From NCBI GenBank assembly GCA_040954595.2, contig CM082596.2:11214454-11278453 (forward strand): 64,000 nt of DNA, written 5' to 3'. Every line of letters starts with the position of its first letter. Within the stretch, counting starts at the first letter, position 1. The notes under the pieces were generated by a model. That model did not search any database, had not been told where the DNA came from, and was given only the letters and a program-made list of their open reading frames with translations. Source of the stretch: Balanoglossus misakiensis (taxonomy: Eukaryota > Animalia > Hemichordata). Positions 25,595-38,504 of the stretch are shown here, in pieces. A program made the position numbers and the translations under genes.

Positions 25595-26465
25595 CAATCT
25601 GAATAAAATTAGATGTAGTGTTGGGCGCCATATTTACTTTTGCTGATTCTTGGCTGTTCTGTTAAAAAGAGACGCCCACACTACATCTAAACCTATGCCA
25701 TAGAAGATCTCAATCAGAGCGGTAGTCTCGGTTACCCAGACGCCTTTGCTCTTCCGATGCTCTCCAGAAAAGGGTCTGGGGAAATACTATTGAAAGCTTT
25801 GTAAAACAAAATGGCCGATGTCAGGATTTTGATCATCGCCTGATTGGCTGAGCTGTCAGTATGACCTTGGTCACTGATTCTCGACAATGTGTGATTATTT
25901 GTCATATCTTCATATCAAGAGACCGGTACTTGTTGGTTGATGCGAAAGGCAAAAGGCGTCCTCTGTTAGCATTGTTGGAGAAATTATACGAAATATCTTT
26001 AGTAGACGATTGTCGAAACTATTGCAGTGACCTGGGTCATACTGACAGCTCAGCCAATCAGGCGATGATCAAAATCCTGACATCGGCCATTTTGTTTTAC
26101 AAAGCTTTCAATAGTATTTCCCCAGACACTTTTCTGGAGAGCATCGGAAGAGCAAAGGCGTCTGGGTAACCGAGACTATCAGAGCGGTTGTTTAGAAAAC
26201 TGGAGGTGTGGAAAAACAAACAAACTTGAACAATAGAAGTTAGTTTCCAGCGCGTGGCCAGTTCCGAAGCGTTAGGAAAGCCGCTCTGTGATTGGTCGAA
26301 TGGATCCATTTGCCAAAACTAGATGTTCTATGGCATAGGTTCAGAATGATGTAGTGTGGCACGTACACCAAGAACAGCCACGGCAGAGAACAGAACAGCC
26401 AAGTCAAAGACAGAGAACAGAACAGCCAAAGACAATGCCAAACTTATCTGATTTTAACCAGATTG
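25595..26465. mobile_element. Older MITE with CAATCTG...CAGATTG ends and ~9-bp TSD (AcademH-like)
   Basis: Flanks TATCAAGAG / CATCAAGAG (8/9 match); imperfect TIRs. Confidence 0.7.
25723..26178. mobile_element. Young palindromic MITE with 9-bp TSD (AcademH-like), nested in the previous element
   Basis: TAGTCTCGGTTACCCAGAC...GTCTGGGTAACCGAGACTA; ~150-bp near-perfect TIRs; TSD TCAGAGCGG on both sides. Confidence 0.9.
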
Positions 26466-26496
26466 CATCAAGAGCAGAGAGGTGGTGAACAATTAT

Positions 26497-26579
26497 CCCT
26501 TTCACCTCTCTGGTGCCGTCCAAATCCATTGTTCTCTATGGTAAGGTTGGACCTCTAGAGGGAACTGGGGGTGAAAGGG
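26497..26579. mobile_element. Tiny piggyBac-like MITE
   Basis: CCCTTTCACC...GGTGAAAGGG flanked by TTAT/TTAA. Confidence 0.55.
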
Positions 26580-27583
26580 TTAAGGTCATATTGTAATTCA
26601 CTTACAAGCATTTAAATATTCTTATATGAAAATGAGTATTATTCTTATATGCAAAAATAGCTCTATACTATTATAGCTCCTATCACAGCCGTTTTAGTGA
26701 TCTTTTTCACTCGTTTTTTGTTTCAAAGCTGTTTTATTATTCCTTAAATCATGCTAGAAATAGGTGATCATTTTAATGTGGATGTAATTTTGTTGATTAA
26801 AGCACCACATGGTTCTGACTCAGAAAAAGGTTTTTCTTTGGTTACTTGAATAGCTGTAACTTTTGACGTTTTTTTTTTAAATTATTTAGCTTACCAATGC
26901 AACATTGACGTGTATACAGAAGCATTATTATTATAAATTGCATTCAACTTGGGACACAAAAGCATTTATCGAAAAATAACATCGGTCATTACACATGCAC
27001 TGGCTATGTTGACAACCAGAACACGGCCATATGTAGTAGAACAAGAATCTGTTAATACACAGAAGCAGAATACGGATAAAACAGTAAAATGTTACTACTA
27101 ATGTTGCTTTAAAATGGCATAAAGTACTGACCTGTGGTAGGGGAAAAAATTGGCATTTTCTGAAACCTTGGTGTAAATGGATTGATAAAGGCACTACTTG
27201 TACACACCAGTGGACTTTAGTATTTCCATTTATTGACAAAAATCTTCAAAGCAGGTCAAAATGTAGGTGTCAATCTAAACACTGTCCCTGTTATTTTTTT
27301 ATGTACAAGAAAACAAAGTAACTGCTACCTATATGATTTTGTGGAATACCAAGTCTGACATCAATAAATGTTTACAAGTTTTTTTCTATGGTGTATTGAG
27401 CCATTAATAAAGTGTGTTTTTTTTTTGCAATGATGTCTTGTTGCTGTAATCAGAGCACATTCTTCAGTTCAGCATTGCCAGTTAAAAAGATACATTAAAA
27501 TGTCAATGAATAATAACAATGTCGCAAACATTTTCATTTCTTCTTATCTCTTTGATAAATGGCCAAAGTACATTACATGTTAA

Positions 27584-27923
27584 AGCCTCTGGAGCTGCCA
27601 CTTTTTGCATTATTTTCATGAATTAATTTAAATTGGTCCATCAAAATAAGCTTGCTGTTAGGTATAAACAAACATCTTATCCATGCCTGATCATGGCTGT
27701 ATATAGCGATCTGAAAACGCCATGTATGAAAACGGTGCCGCACCGATTTAATCAGCTTCCATACAAACAGTACGAGGCTATATTTGTATATGTCGCCAAG
27801 AGATGACAAACTGATGCAAATGCAAGTAATATGGCTTAATGGTGAGGATTTTAGAGGATAGGGAATATATTTGAAGTATTTTACTGTGGAAAAAATATGC
27901 AAAATTTGGCAGCTATAGGGGCT
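27584..27923. mobile_element. Kolobok-type MITE, inverted relative to 13232-13536
   Basis: TTAA at 27580-27583 and 27924-27927; same TIR and internal sequence. Confidence 0.85.
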
Positions 27924-28138
27924 TTAAAGGTATACAGTCTCCGATGCAAATTAAGCCACAGTTACCAGCATGGAAAGTGGAAATTTAGCCACTAATATCT
28001 CTTGTTTTCAGTAGGTAGCCATGTGAAAAGAAGTGTGCCACTTCATCATGGTTATCAAAAGATTTATACACACCCTTGTAACCATACATGGGTAACCGGT
28101 ATGTGTAAATTGGAGGTGATTGTATTTCTTTATGGATA

Positions 28139-30895
28139 TTACAATGACATTTGTCTGATTAAGGAACATGCTCTAGTGTAAATATCAATACCCTTTTCAT
28201 CACTTGCTGCTAATGGATCTATCCTTTCCTGTAGAGTCTGAAAACATTGCTCATAATTTGACAATTCAAATGTTGGTGATAGCATTTCATTATTTGATTC
28301 TTCATCACTGTTGACAGTGATGTATTCTTCATCACTGTTGACAGTGATGTCAGTTTCCACTCCATAAGTGGCATAATCTATGTTCTCTGGATCTAACAGT
28401 TCTCTGATAGCAGTTTTATCAGAATTTTTGAATGCAGTAACACTTTGCAGCCACAGCTGATTCGGACTCAAATTGTGTTCTGTTTGCAATCTATGTTCAT
28501 TCCAGCCTTTCCTAAAAACTGTCAGTGAATAATTTATACGAGGAAGAAAAACAAAATGAAGACACAGTATCTCTATAGGATTATCAGGATTTAAAAGACC
28601 CTGGCATTCCATCTGTAGAAAAACATCACGATAGTATTCCAAACAACATTTAAATGTATCTTGATGTAATCGTTCAATTCTTTGATTATAAATTGATGAT
28701 CCAACAATGTGTGAACCTCTGTTGTCTCCACGGTGTGCCAGCATGAAAGCTGCAACCGTTGTATTTTCCATCCCATAATCAGATCTGACACGGGACGGAA
28801 TGCCATATTCTTGCACTGCACCAAGGAAACCATCTAAAACAGTTGATGCCATCTTGTTGTTGGCAGCAATGAGGTAGACAACTACTCTAGAATACCCATC
28901 TATTCCACCATGAACATATAGTCCCCATCTTTGTAATTTTTCCAGGCCATCTGCAAAAAATGAAATATGTATTAAGCCTTATGAAACTCTTGATAAATGT
29001 ACACGTAGATCAATTCTATTGGCAAGGAGGACTATATATCACACACTTATTAATTAAGTTCAATATTCAGAAAAGCAGCAATCCACATACATAATTATGG
29101 TAAATGTTTCACTAAGAAATAAAATCAACATGGAAAAACAGCATCATGGCAATGATGCTTAAGCTAGCTTCAGATTTAGTTTGGCATTCAGTTTTGGTTT
29201 CGTGGGATGCAGGCCCACTTCATAAAACTGCATTTCCAGCTTCCTCACCCAAATTAGTCTTAAGTATAAAAAGAATATGCTGAAAGACGAGTACACATGA
29301 TCAATTGCTCAATGTATGACATGTACAACATTTTAGCACTTTAAAGTTATATTTAGATGTGGAAAATTATTTTTTTTATCACATCAAATATGTACCTCAG
29401 AAATGCATAATTGATTGGAATGTAAATTAAATATGAACACGGCCAAATGTGATCAAAATATTTTTCATTCTAAATAGGGTTTCCTAAACTACAACTATAC
29501 AAATCAGCTCTTGATGCACAATTACTCTCCGTTACTCGAAACCGAAGATGTATCTGTATCAGACTGAGTCTAACTTAAGCATCTTTATGACAACTGTTCA
29601 ATATTGAGTATTATATTATACCAGTATATTGATGGTGTAAATCACGCTATTTGATTGGTCGAGACACGACACGTGACCATGGTATATTAGCCATATACCA
29701 CAGTCATATATCATAGTCAAAGAAAATGCCTTTTTAAAATGTTTTATGCAAAGTTTCAATATACTGGCATAATATAATAGCAATAAAACACCCCCAGCCA
29801 TGGTATACCACGAGATTTTGACCAGTTCGTGCGTATATGTCGTGAACTGGTCAAAATCTCGTGGTATACCATGGCTGGGGTGTTTTATTGCTTAAATACA
29901 ATAGTTCCATTTGAAAACATGCAGTGGTTTTAAGATTTCACTGACACGCATACACCTACATAGATAGATAAATACATAAATAGATACATGATACATACAT
30001 ATTTACATGTATGCATGCATACATACATACATACATACATACATACATACATACATACATTACATGCATGTACGTACATACTATCTATCATAATAACTTT
30101 GTGTAATGTAAACTCTTACCAATATGCCATAAACTTTGTGCTGCCGCCACATTGTACACACCATGCCTTTTACTTTTCATTCTCAAGAGTGGCCAACGCA
30201 GGGCTCGTTCAAAAGGTTCAATCCTCTGGAGACTTTCTCTTATTTGCTGTCTTTGAACGGAAACTCATAGATCTCAGAATACCTTCCACGATTCTTTCTC
30301 CGCAATGCTTAAAAGTCGATTCCTTGATTCTGCGTATGTGCATGTCAAGATCTGCATCACTAATGGGATTGTACTTATCTGTGAAATCATACCCTAATGA
30401 TTTCAATCTTCTCCATAATGTTTGACGAGATATTTGGAGCATTTCTGAGATATCTTTCATTTTGAACCCGTATTCGATAAATAATTGTACCTTGTCATCA
30501 ATATCATATGGTGGACGTCCAGGTTCACCAGTTCGAATAGTTTCAGTCTCAGATAGTCCACAGTTCACATCACGAGACGTATTAACATTCCCAATCGTAA
30601 CACAAGAGCGAGGACTGTTTCCAGAGTTAGAGCTCCATATTTCCAAAACAGATTGCAATGCAATATGTACAGAGTTCAAGCAATCCAGTAACAAATGAAT
30701 GTCCTGCACAGAAACGGCCATTACATGGTGCTGCACCGCTTCTCTTATGTTCAGTGTGTAACGTATCATAGAGACAGTTCTCTCGACCATGTTACACACC
30801 ACTCGCCGGTCATTTAGACCAGACGGTAACCTGTTTCTGTGGTCTCGAACAAGTATCTTCACTTCCTTCACGAAGGAATCCCATAACGGCGCCAT
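28139..30895 (-). pseudogene. IS3EU-type DDE transposase/integrase; two exons, one frameshift
   Basis: Exon 1 (30895-30120): MAPLW..., GRPPY, HTH-like ISEMLQISRQTLWRRL, ISDADLD, CGERIVEGILRS, frameshift ~30265, QIRESLQRIEP...SLWHI. Exon 2 (28950-28139): DGLEKLQRWGLYVHGGIDGYSR, PSRVRSDYGMEN, NQRIERL, WNEHRL..SPNQLW. The GT-AG intron splits the first catalytic Asp codon. Confidence 0.9.
29610..29895 (+). mobile_element. Hairpin-ended MITE family A (Crypton-like), in the transposase intron
   Basis: TATTATACCAG start, GATTGG box and long terminal hairpin AGCAATAAAACACCCC...GGGGTGTTTTATTGCT; no TSD. Near-identical copies at 58916-59232 (-) and 61103-61418 (+). Confidence 0.75.
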
Positions 30896-30921
30896 GTTTG
30901 CTTCTCTTCGACCCTTATCGG

Positions 30922-32394
30922 TGTGTGTGTTTCCCCTTTCTTTTCTCAACTTATTTTCAGACTCCGTTTTTTTTTCAAATATTACCCAGACTCCTCTACC
31001 GAAATCTCTCACTTTTTTTTTTCAGCCAGGATTGTTCACTTTTTTTTTTGCGCATGCGCATTTATTCCCCAGGATTTCTCACTCAATTTTTTTTTCGGCG
31101 CATGCGCATACGCTATTCTTTCAAATGCGTCCGGGTTTTTTTCAAGTTGTTAAAGACTATTATTTATTTTTACAACTGAATGTTCGTTTTTTTAAACACG
31201 CTTGTTTTATTTTTTGGATGACAAATATACCATTTTTTACAACTTGGATCTGATGGAATATTTTGGGTGACAAATGTGCCTATATAATTTTTTTTTTCAA
31301 ATTTTATATCGTTTTTTTTTTCAAATTGCCCGTTTTTTGGGGGTGACAAGTGTTCCTATGTTTTTTTTTTTTTCAAATTGCCTGTTTTTTTTGGGGTGAC
31401 AAATGTTCCTATATTTTTTTTTTGCAAATTGCTCTGCGTTTTTTTTTTAATTGCCTGGTTCTATTTTTTTTTTTTTGCAAATTGCTCTGCGTTTTTTTTT
31501 TAAATTGCCTGTTTTTTTGGGTGACAAATGTTCCTATTATTTTTTTTTTTGCAAATTGCTCTGCGTTTTTTTTTTAAATTGCCTGTTTTTTTGGGTGACA
31601 AATGTTCCTATTATTTTTTTTTTGCAAATTGCTCTGCGTTTTTTTTTTAAATTGCCTGGTTCAATTTTTTTTTTTTTTGCAAATTGCTCTGCGTTTTTTT
31701 TTAATTGCCTGTTATTTTGGGTGACAAATGTTCCTATTATTTTTTTTTGCAAATGCTGTGCGTTTTTTTTTTCAAATTGCCTGTGTTTTTTTTTCGGTGG
31801 ATTAAAATGTGATTATTTTTGCAACCTCAGTGCATCTGCGTTTTTTTTAAGTGGCCCGTTAGTTTTGGGGTGACATGAGTGCGGGTTTTTTCGGTGACAA
31901 ATATCTCCGTTTTTTTATGGCTAACATGTTCGTGTTTTTTCTATGTTTGCCTGTGTTGTTTGTTCTGGGGGTGTGCATTTATTTCAAGTTGTAGTCTCTC
32001 TCTCTCTCTTTTTTTTTACAAAGAGTGTTCTTTTTAATACTTTGTGTGTATTTTTTGTGGGGGTGAAGTGTGCGTTTTTCGTGAAAAATGTGCGCGTGTT
32101 TTTTTTGTGACAAATAAGTGATTTTTTTTTGCAACTGCCTTGTGGACGTTTTTTTTTTGGTAAGCTTGGTGGGTTTTTTTTTTGACAACAGGTGAGATTT
32201 TCTTCTGTGTGTGTTATTTTTTTTTTTTTTTTGTTTTTTTGTTTTTTTTACTCCACGATGGATTACTTTTTACCCTCGTTATTTTTTAAACCACCAATCA
32301 GTTTTTTGTATTTTTTTACGTATTTTTTTTGTTAAAAGACATCAATTTTCTATAAAATAATGATAAATAATTTTGAAACACTTGGCGCGCCGTA
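30922..32394 (-). repeat. Right TIR with internal A/T-tract tandem repeats
   Basis: Reverse complement of the left TIR, with a different number of repeat units and an extra GCGCATGCGCA block. Confidence 0.92.
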
Positions 32395-33571
32395 GCGACC
32401 CACTGAAAATCCGTGATTGGCTAGATCTCAAGTTAACGTGGTAACTGTAGCTAAATTTCCATAGGTGACCGTATACCTTCTCTACACGTACTGTTGACTG
32501 ACACACACAATCCCCTAACTCTCAACACATACATACAAAGACCCAACCCACTCCACGTGTAGTCTCCATGGCCATGCCACCTGGCCTGCAGGCTACCACA
32601 TCCAAAAGCATACACACACACAATACATGTCAATTTTACATGAGGAGCGGCTCATGTACTTTATTCTAAACTTGAATGATATATAAACTGAAAATTTACC
32701 CCGCACCAAAACCCAGAGATAAAACCCTTTTTTCAGGATAAGGGGAAAAAACTCTGGGAAAGCGTAGGTAATTCACCAACTTTACAAAAAATTCTATTTC
32801 TAAATTCATGCCTCTTTCTGCCTCACAGAAAGAAAATGTTGGAAGTTTTACAATACCAAGCAAAATTTGGTATTGTAGGTCTAAACTAAAACTGACAAAA
32901 ATTAATATTTCATCTCTGAATGAATAAAGTGTTCTCAATAAATCATAATAGGTTTGGTGTTACACTGTTCTAAATGTAGCATTTACAATTAAAGGGCAAC
33001 TACCTGTAATTTTTGGTACAGAATTGTTAATATTGACAAATGCATTCAATTGACTTGAATACAATTGTTAACAATAACAATGCTGATTATGCATACCAGA
33101 AATCGTGGTGCATACATAGACCAAAATTACGTACTGAAAAATTTGTCAAATGTAACACATAGTGGACCTTAATGTCTATAAGAATGAATCTCAAACAATG
33201 TCACGTGAACGTAAAATATTAAATTTCATATTAAAATACAAAAAGAATAAAGTCATACTATTGAACACTGCACACAGCAGTTGAGTCTAAAGTGACTAAT
33301 GTACTGGGGGCGATCCCAAACAGAAACGGGTCATATAGTCATAAATATCCCCCACCCTTATAAAGACCCCTTTCTCCTTGGGATGGCTCCTGTGATAAAA
33401 TGAAACTGTGCTAGACTTGAAGAGATATACGCAGGAAACCTCATCAGTTACAGCCACTGCGAAGACTTCATTGATGATCCCCCCAAATTGGGGGGGGGGG
33501 GGGGGGGGGGGAAATGTAGATGAATGTTGAAATCTTCAAAAGCAAATTGAAAGTATTTTACTGTCAAAAAA

Positions 33572-34930
33572 GTGTAAATAATGTGTTGCCTGTAAGCCAT
33601 GATGCATGATCTCCATGCCATTCAATTTATGAGCGAATTTACTGATTTACTACCCTCCCCCCGAAATACAAACAAAATAAAACAATTATGAATATATGGC
33701 TTCTGCAAACACATTATTTAGCAAATTAAAATCTTATCTGATAAAGTCACTTGAAAAGTTGAAAGACCCTCTTAAATTGAGGAAAAAGAGGAATGTTAAA
33801 ATGTAAAATAACTGAAAACTGAATGTGTATAAAACTTCTTAAAAAGAAGTATATCATTGTAAATAATGTGTTGCCTGTAAGCCATGATGCATGATCTCCA
33901 TGCCATTCAATTTATGAGCAAATTTACTGATTTACTACCCTCCCCCCGAAATACAAACAAAATGGCTTCTGCAAACACATTATTTAGCAAATTAAAATCT
34001 TATCTGATAAAGTCACTTGAAAATGTGAAAGACCCTCTTAAATTAAAGGGAAAAAAAAGAATTTTCAAATGTAAAATAACTGAAAACTAAATGTGTATAA
34101 AATAGAGAAAACTTCTTGAAAAGAAGTATATCATTGTAAATAATGTGTTGCCTGTAAGCCATGATGCATGATCTCCATGCCATTCAATTTATGAGCAAAT
34201 TTACTGATTTACTACCCTCCCCCCGAAATACAAACAAAATGGCTTCTGCAAACACATTATTCAGCAAATTAAAATCTTATCTGATAAAGTCACTTGAAAA
34301 TGTGAAAGACCCTCTCAAATTGAGGAAAAAGAGGAATGTTAAAATGTAAAATAACTGAAAACTGAATGTGTATAAAACTTCTTAAACAGAAGTATATCAT
34401 TGTAAATAATGTGTTGCCTGTAAGCCACGATGCATGATCTCCATGCCATTCAATTTTTTAGCGAATTTACTGCCCCCCCCCCAAAAAAAATACAATCAAA
34501 ACAAAACAATTATGAATACATGGCTTCTGCAAACACATTATTTATGTTCTTATAAAGGAAATTTTCATCAATAAAATCAAAGGACTGCAAACACTCAGAC
34601 GATGCATAAATACTTGGCAATGTCAAGCCAAAGCAAATTACCTCGTCTGATACAGCCTTTGGAAAAAAGTTCATTAAAGACCCTCGAACATTGAGGAAAA
34701 AGGCTAAAGACGTGCGTTTAAATAACTCAAAACTGTGTATAAAATAAAGAAAACTCCACAATGTGAAGTTTTTTTATTGTCCACAAAGTTTAAATAATGT
34801 GTTGCCTGTAAGCCATGTTGCATAGGCTCAATGCTATTCAACTTAAGAGCAAATTCACCAATATATTCCCCCCCCCCTGCCAAAAAAAACAAACAATTAT
34901 GCCTATATGGCTACTGCAAACACATTATTT
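33572..34930. repeat. Tandem array, ~270-285-bp unit, 4-5 copies
   Basis: TAAATAATGTGTTGCCTGTAAGCCA recurs at ~33575, 33860, 34137, 34403 and 34791. Confidence 0.9.
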
Positions 34931-35705
34931 ATGTATTTAAAAAGAAAAAAAAATCATCAAAAATCAAAGCACTATAAACCTAGTAATCACACAATGCATA
35001 TACATGCAACGATGCAAATGCATTAAAAGTGTGATATAAAAATACGTAATTATATCAAGTAAAGGCAAAATCATTAAGGTAATATTAAAGAACCTACTTG
35101 TGCACTGAGTCTGTTGATTGGGGCCGTCGTTGTGTGGGACTCGCTAGCAATGTGGGGAAAATCTATTGATTATCGACAGACTCAGTGGGCAAGACGTGAC
35201 CATAAAATAGATATACCAACATATCAAACTGTTGAATACTACGCAAACAAAAAAAAACCCCAACTAATGAAATGATCCCAGGAAACTACACTGGACTTGA
35301 AGGATCTATTGCAAGTTTTAGTGGACTTGAAGTATTTATTGAAATATTTTTCTCATCATGAAATTAAGTTAGTCATGCTAAACTATGGTATTATAAAAAC
35401 ATATTGCAATTGAAACCTTCTCATCTGTTATAGCCATTGGAAAAATTCATTAAAGACATACCCTAAAAAAATAGGAAAAAGAACACAGACAGATAATAAA
35501 ATCCTAAAAATTTAAAAATGCACACACATACATACCGTATTCTTTATTTATAATATGGGAAAGTACAACGGAGCAAGCGACAGACGCGCGCGCGCGCACG
35601 CAAAAACATAAATTGCTTGAAGACGGACTGCAATCTTGGGATTCTTGGGATCTTGTAGAGAACCAGCTTCATCAGATGACCAAAAACATCCTAGGTGCGG
35701 AAAGA

Positions 35706-36808
35706 ACACAACCACGGCAAACACAGAGGCCAGAATGTGACGAGAGAGTAGTCACAGACACCCAAAAATGTCGACAATTCGAATATGAATTCGAAAACAC
35801 AACCACGGCAAACACAGAGTCCAGAATGTGACGAGAGAGTAGTCACAGACACCCAAAAATGTGGACAATTCGAATAAGAATTCGAAAACACAACCACGGC
35901 AAACACAGAGGCCAGAATGTGACGAGAGAGTAGTCACAGACACCCAAAAATGTTGACAATTCGAATATGAATTCGAAAACACAACCACGGCAAACACAGA
36001 GGCCAAAATGTGATGAGATGTAGTCACAGACACCCAAAAATGTTGACAATTCGAATAAGAATTCGAAAACACAACCACGGCAAACACAGAGGCCAAAATG
36101 TGACGAGATGTAGTCACAGACACCCAAAAATGTTGACAATTCGAATATGAATTCGAAAACACAACCACGGCAAACACAGAGGCCAAAATGTGACGAGAGA
36201 GTAGTCACAGACACCCAAAAATGTTGACAATTCGAATATGAATTCGAAAACACAACCACGGCAAATACAGAGGCCAGAATGTGACGAGAGAGTAGTCACA
36301 GACACCCAAAAATGTTGACAATTCGAATAAGAATTCGAAAACACAACCACGGCAAACACAGAGGCCAGAATGTGACGAGAGAGTGGTCACAGACACCCAA
36401 AAATGTTAACAATTCGAATAAGAATTCGAAAACACAACCACGGCAAACACAGAGGCCAGAATGTGACAAAAGAGTAGTCACAGACACCCAAAAATGTCAA
36501 CAATTCGAATAAGAATTCGAAAAAACAACCACGGCAAACACAGAGGCCAGAATGTGACGAGAGAGTAGTCACAGAAACCCAAAAATGTCGACAATTCGAA
36601 TATGAATTCGAAAACACAACCACGGCAAACACAGAGGCCAGAATGTGATGAAAGAGTAGTCACAGACACCCAAAAATGTCGACAATTCGAATACGAATTC
36701 GAAAACACAACTACAGCAAACACAGAGGCCAGAATGTGACGAGAGAGTAGTCACAGACACCCAAAAATGTCGACAATTCGAATAGGAATTTGAAAACACA
36801 ACACAGAG
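35706..36808. repeat. Homogeneous 91-bp minisatellite, ~12 copies, followed by (CATA)n/(CAGA)n/(GAAT)n microsatellites to ~37130
   Basis: Unit ACACAACCACGGCAAACACAGAGGCCAGAATGTGACGAGAGAGTAGTCACAGACACCCAAAAATGTCGACAATTCGAATATGAATTCGAAA; two units are 89 bp. Confidence 0.95.
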
Positions 36809-38504
36809 AGTACTCCGAGACATCCAACAATTTTGAAAATATTCATACATGCATACATACATACATACATACAGACAGACAGACATACATACATACAGAC
36901 AGACAGACATACATACAAGACAGACAGACAGACATACATACATACATATATATATATATACAATACATACATACATACATACATGCATACACACACACAC
37001 ACACGGGTACATGCAAACATACAACGACACAAATAAATATATAAATAAATGAATGAATGAACGAGTGAATGAATAAATGTATGTATGTATGTATGTATGT
37101 ATGAATGAATGGATGGATGGATGAATGAATCATGCCTATATCCAGTGCATTCTGGAAAAATGACCGTCCAAGTTTATAGAGAGAGAGAGAGAGAGCCAGT
37201 CAAACAATTTTCAATGTTGGTCAACTGTTCATTGTCATATTTGCCTTCTGTATCAATACAGGACTAATGCTGTAAACCCTTTGTATTCTGTTTACCATTC
37301 GGCTTTAATATCTTAACTTGACTTTTTCTTTATATGTGGGTGCAATTATGCTACAAAGCTAAACAGTAAACACCTGAAGGATGCTGTACCCTGTGCAATT
37401 AACGTAAATTTACACTAAGTGCTTGCTACATGCAATGCTTATTGTGCCTATAGGATTCAACAACCTTCAGGTTATGCTGAATAAATCATGGTGATAATTT
37501 AGCAGTGTTGGCAAACTGAAGTGTACAATTTAGTTTTAACCTACTTAAACCCTCTCTCTCTCTCTGACACAATGACAAAAAATGCTATCAGAATAATACA
37601 TTTGTAATACAGATCATATAAATGAGGAAGGGATTGATCAATGTTCAATTTCGTCCTGTGGGAGAAGTTCCATTCTTGGAATGACGATGGAATCAAAGTC
37701 AGTAAAATAAAGTCATCCTGTCCTTGGAAGGAAACTTCTCTGCATCCGATTCACTGGGGCTTCTGCATTCATACATGTATCCTCTTCTTGCCTATGCACA
37801 GAAAGACGACATAACACTCACCTTGTATTGATTGATTGATTACAGCAAATAAGAGACATTCAACATTCACACAGAAACGAAAATATGCTCCTGTCAAACA
37901 CTGAACATGGGTAAAAAAGGGGCCCAGGATGTGACAACATCTGATCAGGTCACTTCTTGATCACTATGTAATATGGTGGTAGAACACACTTGGGCCCCAC
38001 TTTTGTATTTTTGTCTGGCGTGACACTCCCTTAAAACTCTACCAAATGAAGATAAGCCCGCGTCAAAAGAGTGAATTGAAGTCCGCGAAACTACAAGTTA
38101 AAGAATCTGATGTTTTTCATCAGGCAATGAACTGGTTGAATGCATATTGGAAGAGAAAGCAATAGGATGAATTGGACATCAGTTACAGTATTCCGAGTAT
38201 GCCGTTGACTCCTCTCTCTGTACAGTGATTATGAATAAGTGGAAAGACCAGCTCTGGGCATAAATGCTATAAAATCAGACCCAGTTCATCATGCATTGCT
38301 GGATGAATATTTATCCCGACTGAAGCACACAGTATATACCGACCATGTGCACTTCCAGTGTTTTTATATAATATGGATGTGTATAGGAGCATTTAAGGGG
38401 GTGGGGTGGGGGGGTTTGCTATCAAGTAGGGGGGGGGGGGGGCTTGCTATCAAGTAAAATGAAGGAATGCATCGACTTTTATTATCAGTGGCCCGTAAGG
38501 TTAA

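Larger units (their letters stand above)
13776..32394. mobile_element. Large (~18.6 kb) IS3EU-type DNA transposon with cargo gene(s)
   Basis: Termini TACGGCGCGCCAAGTG...CACTTGGCGCGCCGTA. TIRs 13776-~15090 and ~30922-32394. Flanks GCCACCC (13769-13775) and GCGACCC (32395-32401) match at 6/7. Contains an IS3/IS481-like integrase gene. Confidence 0.9.

Noticed and set aside
13232-27923. Composite transposon formed by the two inverted Kolobok MITEs
   Set aside because: Each copy has its own TTAA pair, and the pair straddles the IS3EU left end, so they are independent insertions.
30218-30290. Programmed IS3-style -1 frameshift joining HTH and DDE parts
   Set aside because: The needed shift is +1/-2 and there is no slippery heptamer; a 2-nt deletion in a Gly codon explains it.
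35706-36808. 91-bp array as a CRISPR-like locus
   Set aside because: Units are near-identical along their whole length with no unique spacers, there are no cas-like ORFs, and the context is eukaryotic.
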